Shown here in pieces: positions 19,614 to 28,942 of a stretch of 64,000 bases of DNA. This stretch comes from an uncultured Campylobacter sp. Its GTDB lineage: Bacteria > Campylobacterota > Campylobacteria > Campylobacterales > Campylobacteraceae. The translations under genes were made by a program, and so were the position numbers. The notes under the pieces were generated by a model. It was not told the DNA's origin, searched no databases, and saw nothing but the letters and a program-made list of their open reading frames with translations. Within the stretch, counting starts at the first letter, position 1, and every line of letters begins with the position of its first letter. The stretch covers positions 21,703 to 85,702 of the forward strand of contig NZ_CAKZTI010000054.1 in the NCBI RefSeq assembly GCF_937921625.1, given 5' to 3'.

Positions 19614-21584
19614 TTAAAAGTTCACGTTAAATCCAACCTGCGCCTTCATCCCGTCTACAACCATCATTTGATAATTTCCCGAGCGCGTTAGTACGAATTC
19701 GTTGAATATGTTATAAAGCGTAAAATTTAAACTTGCGTCTTTTGTGACTTTATAGCTCGCGCCCAGATCAAAAAGCGTGTATGAGCGGATATCCTCATCG
19801 TAGCTTAGGCTATCGCGCGTTCTACTATAATAATTTATTTGCGACCATAAGTTTAGCTTGGAGCTTACGTCGTAATCAAATCCTAGCTTTACCGAATGGA
19901 TTGGAAAATTATTTAAGGTTTTGCCCTTCTCGCTACCCGTTTTTTGCTCGGATTTCGTATAGGCGTAGTTTGCATGCAGCTTCAAATTATCTAAAATTTG
20001 ATAATCGTTACTTAGCTCTAGACCCCTAACCTCGGCTTCTCCGATATTTATAGTGTCCCAAATACCGCGCCTGTAAGTTTTGCCGTTATGCACGCAAGGA
20101 TTTCCCGGTCTTGGGCGGCAAATTAATTTGGTAGAAATTCCATCTTTGATTTCGGTATAAAACGCAGTAGCGCTAAAGTTAAATTTATCGTTATCGTCGT
20201 AAGAAAACCCGCCTTCGTAGCTTATGCTACTTTCGGGCTTTAAAGAGCTTCTGCCGATCTGCGCTCCCTGACCTCCTGCAAATGGCAGGGCAAGGCCCTC
20301 GCTACGCTGCTTAATATCCGGAGTTGAATATCCCGTCGAAACGCCGCCTTTAATAGAAAAACTTTCGTTTAAACGATAAACGGCATAAGCGCGCGGTGAT
20401 ATATGGCCGCCGTAGTCTTTATCTCGGTTATATCTGATTCCACCGGTTAGCGTTAAATCGTCAGTTAGATAAAAATCATCCTCGCCGTAGATCGAATAAT
20501 CCCATCTTTTGACATTTGCCTCATCTGCGGTAGTGGCGGCTTCGTTTAATCTCTCGCTTCGGTATTGCACGCCCAAACTCAAAGCATTTGAATCGAAAAA
20601 ATATGAGCCTTTAGAATTTAGCGTAGTCGTTCTAAGATGTAGATCCTGGGCGCCGCTTTCTTTCATGCTATCGTAGTTTGCATAGCTATCTATCATAAAC
20701 TTATCGTATTTTCCCTGGTGAGACAGGCTTGCAGTGTAGCCTTTCATATCCTCTTTCGCAATATCGTTATTGCCTCCTGAGGTTGTTCGCGTACGCCCGT
20801 ATGTACGTCTAAATTTATTATTTACTTTACGATAATCAAGCGCTACCTCATCGTTTTGCGTTACGTTATACATCAGTTTTGCGCCCATATTCGTCTCTTC
20901 ATTATTTCTATTCGCATAAGGCTCTTTGTCCTCTATCTTTTCAAAAAATCTGCCGTAAAGTGCGATACCTAGCACGTCCGGGACGATAGCTCCGTTTAGA
21001 TAAAAACCTGTTTGATAATCACCTTTTATTTGCGATTTTTTGGCAAAAGTATAGTATCCGTTTACATTGCCGCTAAGCTCATTTGAAAAGCCCTTGGTTA
21101 TGATATTTATTACTCCGCCCATAGCGTCGCTGCCGTAAAGCGAGCTCATAGGCCCGCGGATGACCTCTATGCGCTCTATCGCATTTGCGGGAGGCAAGAA
21201 ATTCTGGCTGCTGCCGATACTTCTTAATCCTTTATAAGCACTATCGCTGGTTGTAGGCTTGCCGTCGATTAAAATTTTCGTATATTTTTGAGATAGGCCT
21301 CTTAGGCTTATGCCTTTTCTAGATGCAGCACCTAGCGTTGCGGTAAAGGCACTCGGCAAATCTTTTAGCATTGCGGAGATATCTTGATAGTTGCGTTTTT
21401 GTATCTCTTTTTGCGTAAGAACGGAGATAGAAGCGGGTGCGTCTTGAATATTTTGCCGATAGCCCGTAGCACTGACTACGGTAATTTCGCCCAAATTTAC
21501 GCTTTTGCCTTGTTTTTCTAACTCACTCGATATCCCGGCTGTCGCTATAGCAGCAATCAGCGATAATTTATATATTGCGCGCAC
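19614..21584 (-). CDS. TonB-dependent receptor (CirA/IrgA/CfrA-like)
   Basis: ITVVSATG..QNIQDAPASISV plug; IERIEVIRGPMSSLYGSDAMGGVINIITK; C-terminal F. Confidence 0.93.
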   Translation of the reverse strand: MRAIYKLSLIAAIATAGISSELEKQGKSVNLGEITVVSATGYRQNIQDAPASISVLTQKEIQKRNYQDISAMLKDLPSAFTATLGAASRKGISLRGLSQKYTKILIDGKPTTSDSAYKGLRSIGSSQNFLPPANAIERIEVIRGPMSSLYGSDAMGGVINIITKGFSNELSGNVNGYYTFAKKSQIKGDYQTGFYLNGAIVPDVLGIALYGRFFEKIEDKEPYANRNNEETNMGAKLMYNVTQNDEVALDYRKVNNKFRRTYGRTRTTSGGNNDIAKEDMKGYTASLSHQGKYDKFMIDSYANYDSMKESGAQDLHLRTTTLNSKGSYFFDSNALSLGVQYRSERLNEAATTADEANVKRWDYSIYGEDDFYLTDDLTLTGGIRYNRDKDYGGHISPRAYAVYRLNESFSIKGGVSTGYSTPDIKQRSEGLALPFAGGQGAQIGRSSLKPESSISYEGGFSYDDNDKFNFSATAFYTEIKDGISTKLICRPRPGNPCVHNGKTYRRGIWDTINIGEAEVRGLELSNDYQILDNLKLHANYAYTKSEQKTGSEKGKTLNNFPIHSVKLGFDYDVSSKLNLWSQINYYSRTRDSLSYDEDIRSYTLFDLGASYKVTKDASLNFTLYNIFNEFVLTRSGNYQMMVVDGMKAQVGFNVNF

Positions 21585-21630
21585 AAACGCCCCTTTTCTT
21601 ATTAAAATTTAAACTCATTTTACTATAATA

Positions 21631-21645
21631 AGATATGCATTATCA
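21631..21645. promoter_or_regulatory. Candidate Fur box between the divergent receptor and AraC genes
   Basis: Minus strand reads TGATAAT-G-CATATCT, 11/14 to the 7-1-7 TGATAAT-N-ATTATCA. Confidence 0.5.
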
Positions 21646-21693
21646 AGAAATACTAAACGGTAGAGGGAGTATTTTAAACGCTAAAGGGATAAG

Positions 21694-22650
21694 ATGAGCA
21701 AGGAGATAAGTTTAGATGATTTTTTGCAAAAAATATCTAACGACATTGAGCCGTCCAAGCAATGCGGGTATAGTAAAACCGAGCTTGAAAGCGAAAGCAT
21801 AAAATTTGGCTTTAGCTCTTTTTATACGGGCGGAGAGATAGGATATTATAGCAGCGATATAATTTGCAGAGATTTTCTTTTGCATCGCCACGAGCGAGGT
21901 AGCCGCTATTCATTTTTATTTTTCAATACGGGCGAAAATCCTATCTGCTTCAGATCGGATAAAGATCAATTCGTTTTGAATAAAGGTGAGTTTTGGCTCG
22001 GAACTATGCAAAGCAAATTGCGTGGCGTTCACGAGCTTGAAAATAAACACTATAAAAGCTCCTGCATAGCGCTTAGCACAGCTTTTGCAAATGAGCTGGG
22101 AATTTTAAAAAATTTGAATTTAGATCAAGCCGTTTGCATGAAGAAATTTAAAACAAGCGCCGTGCAAAATATTATTCTCAAAGAGCTCGAAAATGCCGCG
22201 ATATACGACGGCAAAATACGCGAAATTTTTATGGAAAGTAAAATTTTAGAGATGCTTTATAGAAGTTTTCATAAATTTAATGAGCCCGAAAATGCACTTA
22301 GCCTTGATGAAAATCGCATAAAAACAGTTCAAAAAGCAAAGAAAATATTACTCGAAAATATGCAAAATCCACCTAGCATTAAAGAGCTCGCTCATCTTTG
22401 TGCTACGAATGAATTTGCACTAAAAAGGGATTTTAAAGCATATTTTGGCACGAGCGTTTATGCGATGCTGACAAATGAGCGGCTTGAGATTGCAAAAGAG
22501 CTATTGAGTCTAGATCAAATCAGCGTAAACGAAGCCGCCAAAATGGTCGGATATAATAATTTATCGCATTTTTCTAAAATTTTTAGGACTAAATTTAACG
22601 TGCTGCCGACGCAACTGAAAAAGGATATAAAATTTTACTACTCGGATTAG
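21694..22650 (+). CDS. AraC family regulator (PchR/YbtA-like)
   Basis: PPSIKELAH..ATNEFALKRDFKAYFGTSV and VNEAAKMVGYNNLSHFSKIFR double HTH. Confidence 0.9.
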   Translation: MSKEISLDDFLQKISNDIEPSKQCGYSKTELESESIKFGFSSFYTGGEIGYYSSDIICRDFLLHRHERGSRYSFLFFNTGENPICFRSDKDQFVLNKGEFWLGTMQSKLRGVHELENKHYKSSCIALSTAFANELGILKNLNLDQAVCMKKFKTSAVQNIILKELENAAIYDGKIREIFMESKILEMLYRSFHKFNEPENALSLDENRIKTVQKAKKILLENMQNPPSIKELAHLCATNEFALKRDFKAYFGTSVYAMLTNERLEIAKELLSLDQISVNEAAKMVGYNNLSHFSKIFRTKFNVLPTQLKKDIKFYYSD

Positions 22651-22738
22651 AATTTCTTGCGACCGGCTATCTTTTATAAGCCGCGCCCTTTCACAACCGC
22701 ATATCAAAACATCATAAAATTTTATATCGCAACCGGGA

Positions 22739-22870
22739 TCCGTAAAAATACGGAATTTAAATTATAAATGCCGCCGAAGCCTTGGCGGCAAAGCAAGCTG
22801 CGATCAAATATCGCAGCTGCGGGTATGTTTAGACGCCAAGGGGCGCCTTAAAATTTTAGATGCATCTAAA
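22739..22870. terminator. Cluster of inverted repeats between convergent genes
   Basis: TCCGTA/TACGGA, TGCCGCC/GGCGGCA, AGCTGCGAT/ATCGCAGCT, AGACGCC/GGCGCCT and palindrome TTTAGATGCATCTAAA. Confidence 0.55.
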
Positions 22871-22871
22871 T

Positions 22872-23675
22872 TTAAAACAGGCTATAAACCTCATCGAGTG
22901 TGAAGTGCTTTTTATCGATCTTACCACCGTAGTATGGCTTGATATCCTCGTCAAAAGCCTTATGGAAAAATTTCGCTTTATACATTTTTACTAGACTGCT
23001 ATTGACCGCATCAAGCAGCTCGGTATTGCCCTTAGATAGGGCAACAGCGATATAATCTACCTTGCCGAGGTTGATGATTTTTGCATCAAGTGCGGTATCG
23101 TTTCTAGCGTATCCGAGTACGACCGTATTATCGTCGGCAAAGCCTATGCCCTCGCCAGCCTTTAGTCTGGCGACGCACTCATTCGCGTCGGTACATGTCG
23201 CAATCTCATAGCCCGCGTTTTTGAAGTGCTCCTCGGCAGTTGTGCCCTTAACGCTTAGAATTTTTTTATGCGCGATCTGATCTATTCTTGAAATATTATC
23301 ATCCTTACGGCTTAGCACGCCAATTTGCACTGAATAATACGGGTAAGAAAAATCGACTTTCTGAACGCGATCTTTTGTGACGGTGAGCTTGGATATGATG
23401 AGATCTACTTTGTTTTGCTCCAGTGAGGGAACGCGATCTTTAGATGCTACGGAGATAAAGTCGATTTTGATCTTTTTATTGCCGAATAGATTTTTGACTA
23501 ACTCATTTGCCAAATCAACCTCAAAGCCCTTTAGCGTGCCGTTATCATCGAAGCTAAACGGAGGCTGGGAATCTTGCAAGCCTATGCGAATTTCGCCTGC
23601 TTGCTTGATATCTGCTAGGGAATTAGCGCAAAGCGCGCCAGCACCCAGCAAAATACTTAGTAGAATTTTTTTCAT
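22872..23675 (-). CDS. Amino-acid ABC substrate-binding protein (family 3), copy 4
   Basis: Signal peptide; PPFS, GFEVDLA and VTKDR..KVDFSYPY. Confidence 0.9.
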   Translation of the reverse strand: MKKILLSILLGAGALCANSLADIKQAGEIRIGLQDSQPPFSFDDNGTLKGFEVDLANELVKNLFGNKKIKIDFISVASKDRVPSLEQNKVDLIISKLTVTKDRVQKVDFSYPYYSVQIGVLSRKDDNISRIDQIAHKKILSVKGTTAEEHFKNAGYEIATCTDANECVARLKAGEGIGFADDNTVVLGYARNDTALDAKIINLGKVDYIAVALSKGNTELLDAVNSSLVKMYKAKFFHKAFDEDIKPYYGGKIDKKHFTLDEVYSLF

Positions 23676-23690
23676 ATTTCGTCCTTTGAA

Positions 23691-24494
23691 TTAAAACATT
23701 TTATAAAGATCATCTAGCAAGAAATATTTTTTCTCAGCCTTTCCCTTGTAAAAAGGATCTATGCTATCGTTAAAAATTTTCTTGAAAAAGCCATTTTTGC
23801 TGAGCTTGACAAGCCCATCGTTTAAGGCGTTTAGCAAGTCATCGTTGCCTTTTTGCACCGCGATAGCTAAAAAGTCCGTCGTGCCTAAATTCTTTATATT
23901 TACCTCTACCTTGCGATCTACAACCGAATAACCCAAAACTACCATATTATCGTCTGCATAGCCGCTGCCGCGACCGGATTTTAGCGCTCGGAAACATTCA
24001 CTAGAACTAGCGCATGAGATAACCTTAAATCCTTCCTTGTTAAAATAATCAAACGCCGTAGTGCCAGGCTCTGCTAAAATTTCTTTGTCTTGTAAATCGT
24101 CTACGGTTTTTATATTATCATCGGTGCGAGTTAGCACGCCGATATTTACGCTAAAGTATGGATTTGAAAAATCCACTAGTTTCTCGCGCTCTTTCGTAAC
24201 CGTAATCGCCGCGATATCCAAATCGACCTTGTTATCTTGCACGGCTGTGATACGGTCGTTGCCTAGAGTTACGACATATTCGATTTTGCCGCCCTTATCG
24301 CCGAAAATTTCTTTCACGAGCTCTTCGATAAGCGAAATTTCAAAACCGCTGTATTTGCCGTCCTCGGAGACGCTAAGCGGCGGCAGTGAGCCGTCTATTC
24401 CGATACGAATGAGCCCTTTTTCTTTGATCTGCACTAAAGAGTTAGCAAATAACGAACACGAAGCGATTAACAACGCAAATATAATCTTTTTCAT
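23691..24494 (-). CDS. Amino-acid ABC substrate-binding protein (family 3), copy 3
   Basis: Signal peptide; ITVTKEREKLVDFSNPYF. Confidence 0.9.
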   Translation of the reverse strand: MKKIIFALLIASCSLFANSLVQIKEKGLIRIGIDGSLPPLSVSEDGKYSGFEISLIEELVKEIFGDKGGKIEYVVTLGNDRITAVQDNKVDLDIAAITVTKEREKLVDFSNPYFSVNIGVLTRTDDNIKTVDDLQDKEILAEPGTTAFDYFNKEGFKVISCASSSECFRALKSGRGSGYADDNMVVLGYSVVDRKVEVNIKNLGTTDFLAIAVQKGNDDLLNALNDGLVKLSKNGFFKKIFNDSIDPFYKGKAEKKYFLLDDLYKMF

Positions 24495-24559
24495 AAAATT
24501 CCTTTAAATTTTACTAAAATTTTGCCAGCGAATAGAATTCCATCCATCGCCACTTTAAA

Positions 24560-25363
24560 TTAAAACAAGCTATAAAGATCGTCCAGCAAGAAATACTTTT
24601 TATCAATGGTGCCTTTATAAAAAGGCTCAATACTCTCATCAAAAATTTTTGTAAAAAAACCCTTTTTACTTAGCTTAATTAGTCCCGCATTTACCGCGTT
24701 AAGCAGCTCGGTATTGCCCTTTTGCACCGCGATGGCCAGGAAGTCCGTCGAGCCTAAATTCTTGATATTTACCTCAACCTTGTAATCGACTACGGCATAA
24801 GCAAATACAAGTAGATTATCATCGCCGTATCCGTCGCCCTTGCCCGATTTTAGGTCATTAAAGCATTCATTCGCGCTCGCACACGGTACTACGTTATAGC
24901 CCTGTTTCGTAAAGTAATCAAACACAGTAGTGCCGGGCTGCGCTAGTATAGTCTTCCCGTTTAGATCGGAGACCTTTCTGATATTATCGTCGCTACGAGT
25001 TAGCACGCCGATATTTACGCTAAAGTATGGATTGGAGAAATCTACCAGCTTCTCGCGCTCTTTCGTAACCGAGATTAGCGCGATATCTAAATCGACTCTG
25101 TTATCCTGCACCGCTTTTATACGATCATCGCCTACCGTTACGACATATTGTATCTTGCTGCCTTTATCACCGAAAATTTCTTTAACAAGCCCTTCGATTA
25201 AGAGTATCTCAAAGCCGCTATATTCGCCGGCTTTAGCGACACTAAACGGCGGAGATGAGCCATCTATACCGATTCGAATAACCCCTTTTTCTTTGATTTG
25301 AGTCAAAGTGTTGCTAAGAAGCGAGCACACAGCCAGCATTAACGCCAAGATTATCTTTTTCAT
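24560..25363 (-). CDS. Amino-acid ABC substrate-binding protein (family 3), copy 2
   Basis: Closely similar to copy 3; ISVTKEREKLVDFSNPYF. Confidence 0.9.
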   Translation of the reverse strand: MKKIILALMLAVCSLLSNTLTQIKEKGVIRIGIDGSSPPFSVAKAGEYSGFEILLIEGLVKEIFGDKGSKIQYVVTVGDDRIKAVQDNRVDLDIALISVTKEREKLVDFSNPYFSVNIGVLTRSDDNIRKVSDLNGKTILAQPGTTVFDYFTKQGYNVVPCASANECFNDLKSGKGDGYGDDNLLVFAYAVVDYKVEVNIKNLGSTDFLAIAVQKGNTELLNAVNAGLIKLSKKGFFTKIFDESIEPFYKGTIDKKYFLLDDLYSLF

Positions 25364-25385
25364 AGCGTCCCCCTTTTTTTTAAAA

Positions 25386-26195
25386 TTACAGCAAGCTATA
25401 AAGATCGTCCAGCAAGAAATACTTTTTCTCTGCAGTTCCTTTGTAGTAAGGCTCGATGAAATTATCGAACGAATTTTTGAAAAAGCCCTCTTTGCTTAGC
25501 TTGATCAGCTCGCCGTTTAGAAAATCCAAAAGCTCCGAATTGCCCTTTTTCACGCCGATGGCTAAGAAATCCGAAGTGCCTAAATTCTTGATATTTACTT
25601 CAACCTTTTTATCTAATACCGGATAAGCCAGCACGACCAGGTTATCATCGGCATACCCGTCGCCCTGTCCAGCTTTTAGCGCCTTGTAGCAAGCGTTTGC
25701 GTTATCGCATCTGGCGATATTATAGCCTTGCTTTTCAAAGTATGTTTCTGCAGTACCGCCGCTAAGAACTAAAATAGTTTTATCTTGCAAATCGTTTAAG
25801 GATTTAATCTTATCTTCGACGCGGGTTAAAATGCCTATATTGACACTAAAATACGGGGTCGTAAAATCGATCTGCTTCTCGCGCTCCGGAGTTACGGTAA
25901 GAGTTGCAATAACCGCGTCCACCTTATCTTCTTGTAGGAATTTTATACGCTGATTTGCAAGCACGGAGGTAAACTCCACCTTTCCGCCTGATGGAAGCAT
26001 ATCTTTGGCGATGGCATTTGCCATATCGACCTCAAAGCCCTGATGCACGCCGTCTTCTATCTTGCTAAATGGCGGCTGCGCGTCATAAACGCCTATTCTA
26101 AGCACTCCGCTACTTTTGATCTCGGAGAGCGATCTTGCGCAAAGCGCACTACTAGCTAAAGCTGCGACAAGCAGACTTAAGAGAAATTTCTTCAT
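25386..26195 (-). CDS. Amino-acid ABC substrate-binding protein (family 3), copy 1
   Basis: Start reassigned to ATG 26195 (MKKFLLSLL), which has an upstream AAGGA RBS; LTVTPEREKQIDFTTPYF. Confidence 0.9.
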   Translation of the reverse strand: MKKFLLSLLVAALASSALCARSLSEIKSSGVLRIGVYDAQPPFSKIEDGVHQGFEVDMANAIAKDMLPSGGKVEFTSVLANQRIKFLQEDKVDAVIATLTVTPEREKQIDFTTPYFSVNIGILTRVEDKIKSLNDLQDKTILVLSGGTAETYFEKQGYNIARCDNANACYKALKAGQGDGYADDNLVVLAYPVLDKKVEVNIKNLGTSDFLAIGVKKGNSELLDFLNGELIKLSKEGFFKNSFDNFIEPYYKGTAEKKYFLLDDLYSLL

Positions 26196-26811
26196 CCTTT
26201 TTCCTTTCTCATAAATAATTTCAAAACCATTGCCACGGCTACGGAAAACCTCAAAATCCCGCCCGAATGGCAAGCAGACATTAAATTCGCCCGCAGGCGA
26301 AAAGCAATTTTAGCTTTTTATATCTTTAATGATTATTAAATAGTAAGTAAAGTCGCCAAATAAATTCGCTTTTTCATTGTTTGCTTCGATTTTGCGCGAG
26401 TTTTTTTTAGAGTTTTCATCCGCATCCTAGCGATAGAATTTAAAATTTTTAAAATTTTGCAAAATTTTAAAGCCACAGAATTTTACAAAATTTTAAAGCT
26501 GCAGAATTGGGTGAGAAATTTTATGAGCGCTTTAAAACTCGCGATGAAATTTTAAAATTTTATGAGATTAAATTTTGCAGATTGCATTTGACAAAACAGC
26601 ACAAAAAAGGAGTGGAATTTTAAAATTTCGCGCTTTAGTGCAGACATAGCGGAATTTAAAATTCTTAAATTTCTACTCCCGCCCAGCAAAACGGAATTTT
26701 AAAATTTTTAGCAGACTACAAAATTCAAAAGCAAGCAAAATTAAATCTTTGCCGCGCTCCAGAATTCCGCGATAAAAGTCGCGCCGTCAGCGCTAAATTT
26801 TGCGCCATAAA

Positions 26812-27255
26812 TCATACTGCAAACATCAGCTTGGCGCAAAGCACGATGATGAATCCGAATACAAAGGCGATCTTGTGGATATTTACTCGCAAAAACTCAG
26901 GCGCAGGCCTTCCCATCGCGCGGCAGCTTAAATTTATCGCTACGCACACGGCGATGATGAGCGCGAGCGTGACTTTTAGCATAAAGATTTTTTGAAGCGG
27001 CGTGCCGAAATACCCGCCGTTAGCGCTTCCGACCCAGCGGCTCATCATCATTCCGCCGGTGATTATCAGCGTAAAAAGGCAAACCGGCATGATTTTAATC
27101 GCGCGCGAGCCGATCGCCTTTTTAACGCGCTCAAAATCCGCGCCCAGCGCGCTTTTAAGCCGCGAAAAAATCACGACGTCGAAAAATATGTAGCCCAAAA
27201 AGATAATGGCGCAGATGAGATGGACGATCTGCACGTAGGGATAAATTTGCTCCAC
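26812..27255 (-). CDS. 4-TM membrane protein (Cj0830-like / CopD-like)
   Basis: IVHLICAIIFLGYIFFDV, IMP..L..LIITGGMM, LKV.LA and C-terminal H..AF..G.IIVLCAKLMF; GTG start with AAGGAG. Confidence 0.7.
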   Translation of the reverse strand: MEQIYPYVQIVHLICAIIFLGYIFFDVVIFSRLKSALGADFERVKKAIGSRAIKIMPVCLFTLIITGGMMMSRWVGSANGGYFGTPLQKIFMLKVTLALIIAVCVAINLSCRAMGRPAPEFLRVNIHKIAFVFGFIIVLCAKLMFAV

Positions 27256-27311
27256 CGCCGCTCCTTGCTATGAAATTTCGCCCATTTTATGCGAAATTTC
27301 AAATTTTAGCA

Positions 27312-27325
27312 ATGATTTTCATCAA
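27312..27325. promoter_or_regulatory. Candidate CRP/FNR-family site at about -41.5 of the 27255 gene promoter
   Basis: ATGAT-TTTC-ATCAA (9/10 to TTGAT-N4-ATCAA); minus-strand -10 TAAAAT at 27289-27284. Confidence 0.55.
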
Positions 27326-27535
27326 CGTGCCGCGAGCGGTTAAATTTAAGCCGATCGTGCGAGCGACGCAAATAAATTTTGGCAAAATCGCGCGAGCAAA
27401 TTTAAAAGTAAAGCCGCGCAGCTAAATTTAAAAATGGCCGCATTCGTAAATTTACAAAATTTACGAGCAGCGCCGCGCGGACGAAATTCTAAAATTCTAA
27501 AATTCCGCCCGCGAAAACCGCGTAAATTTCGCAAT

Positions 27536-28882
27536 CTATAACATCATTGAAAAGATTATGCCGAATATGATTAGCGGGATATTAAAGAAAATAAAGGTCG
27601 GCACGCAGGTGTCCCACATATGGCTATGCTCGCCGTCGATATTCAGCCCCACGGTAGGCCCGAGCGTGCTATCGCTCGCAGGCGAGCCCGCATCGCCGAT
27701 ACCCGCGGCCACCCCGATGATAAAGATCGTCGCCGCCGTGCTAAAGCCCAGCTGCGCGGCTAGCGGGCAGTATATCGTAGCGATGATAGGGATCGTGCCG
27801 AAGCTCGAGCCGATACCCATCGTCACGAGTAGCCCGATGCCGATCATCAGCAGCGCGCCGCCTAGCTTGCCGCCGCTTAAAGTGCTCGCTACGTGCACCA
27901 GCTCGTTCACGCCGCCGGTTTCTTTTAAGATCGTGCCGTATCCTGCGGCGATCAGCATCAAAAACGCGATGTATCCCATCATATGCACGCCCTCGTCAAA
28001 TACGCTATCCAGCTTTTTCCACTCAATGCCTTTGCTAGCAAGCATTACCAAAATTCCGCTAAGCGCGGCAAACGGAAGGGATTTGATCCAAATTTGCACC
28101 GCGAAGCACACCGCGATGCCCGCTAGAGCGCCCCACTCTCGCACACCCATCTTAAGCTCGCTAAAATGCGCATCCAGGCTCTCTTTGGTTTCGGCATACT
28201 CCCTCGGCTTGCGGTAGTAGATCACAGCTAGGATGAGGCCCACGAGCATCGGCACGGCGCTTAGCCACATCACGCTCGATATGTCGCCAAGGCTTACCGC
28301 GATGCCGTTTGCGTTCATATTTTTTTCGATTAGCCCCATAAAGATAAGCCCAAATCCCAGCGGCAGCGCCATATACGGCGTCTGCAAGCCGAACGTCAGC
28401 GCGCACGCTACGGCGCGGCGGTCGATCTTTAGCGAGTTCATGATCTTGACTAGCGGCGGGATCAAAATCGGGATAAAGGCGATATGCACGGGGATTAAAT
28501 TTTGTGAAAAGCACGCAAAAAAGGCGATCGAAAAGATAAAGACGTATTTTTTGTCGCTGATTAAATTTGCCACCGCGCGCACCAAGATCGCCGTTAAGTT
28601 CGTCTTTGAGATCGCGCTTGCGATGACGCCTAACAGCAGATATGAAAGCGCGGTTTCTAAATTTCCGCCCATACCGAGGCTGCCGGCGTTTTCAGGGTTG
28701 CCGTTTATGAATAAATTTATGGCATCGCCCAGCGGGATATTGCTTGAGAGCACGGCGCATATCGTGCCGATTAGGATCGCGAGCATTACGTTGCACCTCA
28801 GCAAGCATAGCGCGCACATCACACAGATACTGATAAATACGGGATTGGTAAGCATCTTTTGCCTTTTTTGGAATTTTTGCAA
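27536..28882 (-). CDS. Na+/H+ antiporter family protein (YuiF-like)
   Basis: FSQNLIPVHIAFIPILIPP, TMGIGSSFGTIP and GDAGSPASDSTLGPT. The true start may be MLTNPV. Confidence 0.88.
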   Translation of the reverse strand: MQKFQKRQKMLTNPVFISICVMCALCLLRCNVMLAILIGTICAVLSSNIPLGDAINLFINGNPENAGSLGMGGNLETALSYLLLGVIASAISKTNLTAILVRAVANLISDKKYVFIFSIAFFACFSQNLIPVHIAFIPILIPPLVKIMNSLKIDRRAVACALTFGLQTPYMALPLGFGLIFMGLIEKNMNANGIAVSLGDISSVMWLSAVPMLVGLILAVIYYRKPREYAETKESLDAHFSELKMGVREWGALAGIAVCFAVQIWIKSLPFAALSGILVMLASKGIEWKKLDSVFDEGVHMMGYIAFLMLIAAGYGTILKETGGVNELVHVASTLSGGKLGGALLMIGIGLLVTMGIGSSFGTIPIIATIYCPLAAQLGFSTAATIFIIGVAAGIGDAGSPASDSTLGPTVGLNIDGEHSHMWDTCVPTFIFFNIPLIIFGIIFSMML

Positions 28883-28942
28883 TTATATAGAATTTAGGGC
28901 TAAATTTTGCTAAAATCGCGCAAAAAATCGGCTAGGACAGCG

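Noticed and set aside
27558..28913. Long plus-strand ORFs 27558..28217 and 28233..28913
   Set aside because: They are antisense shadows of the Na+/H+ antiporter family gene.
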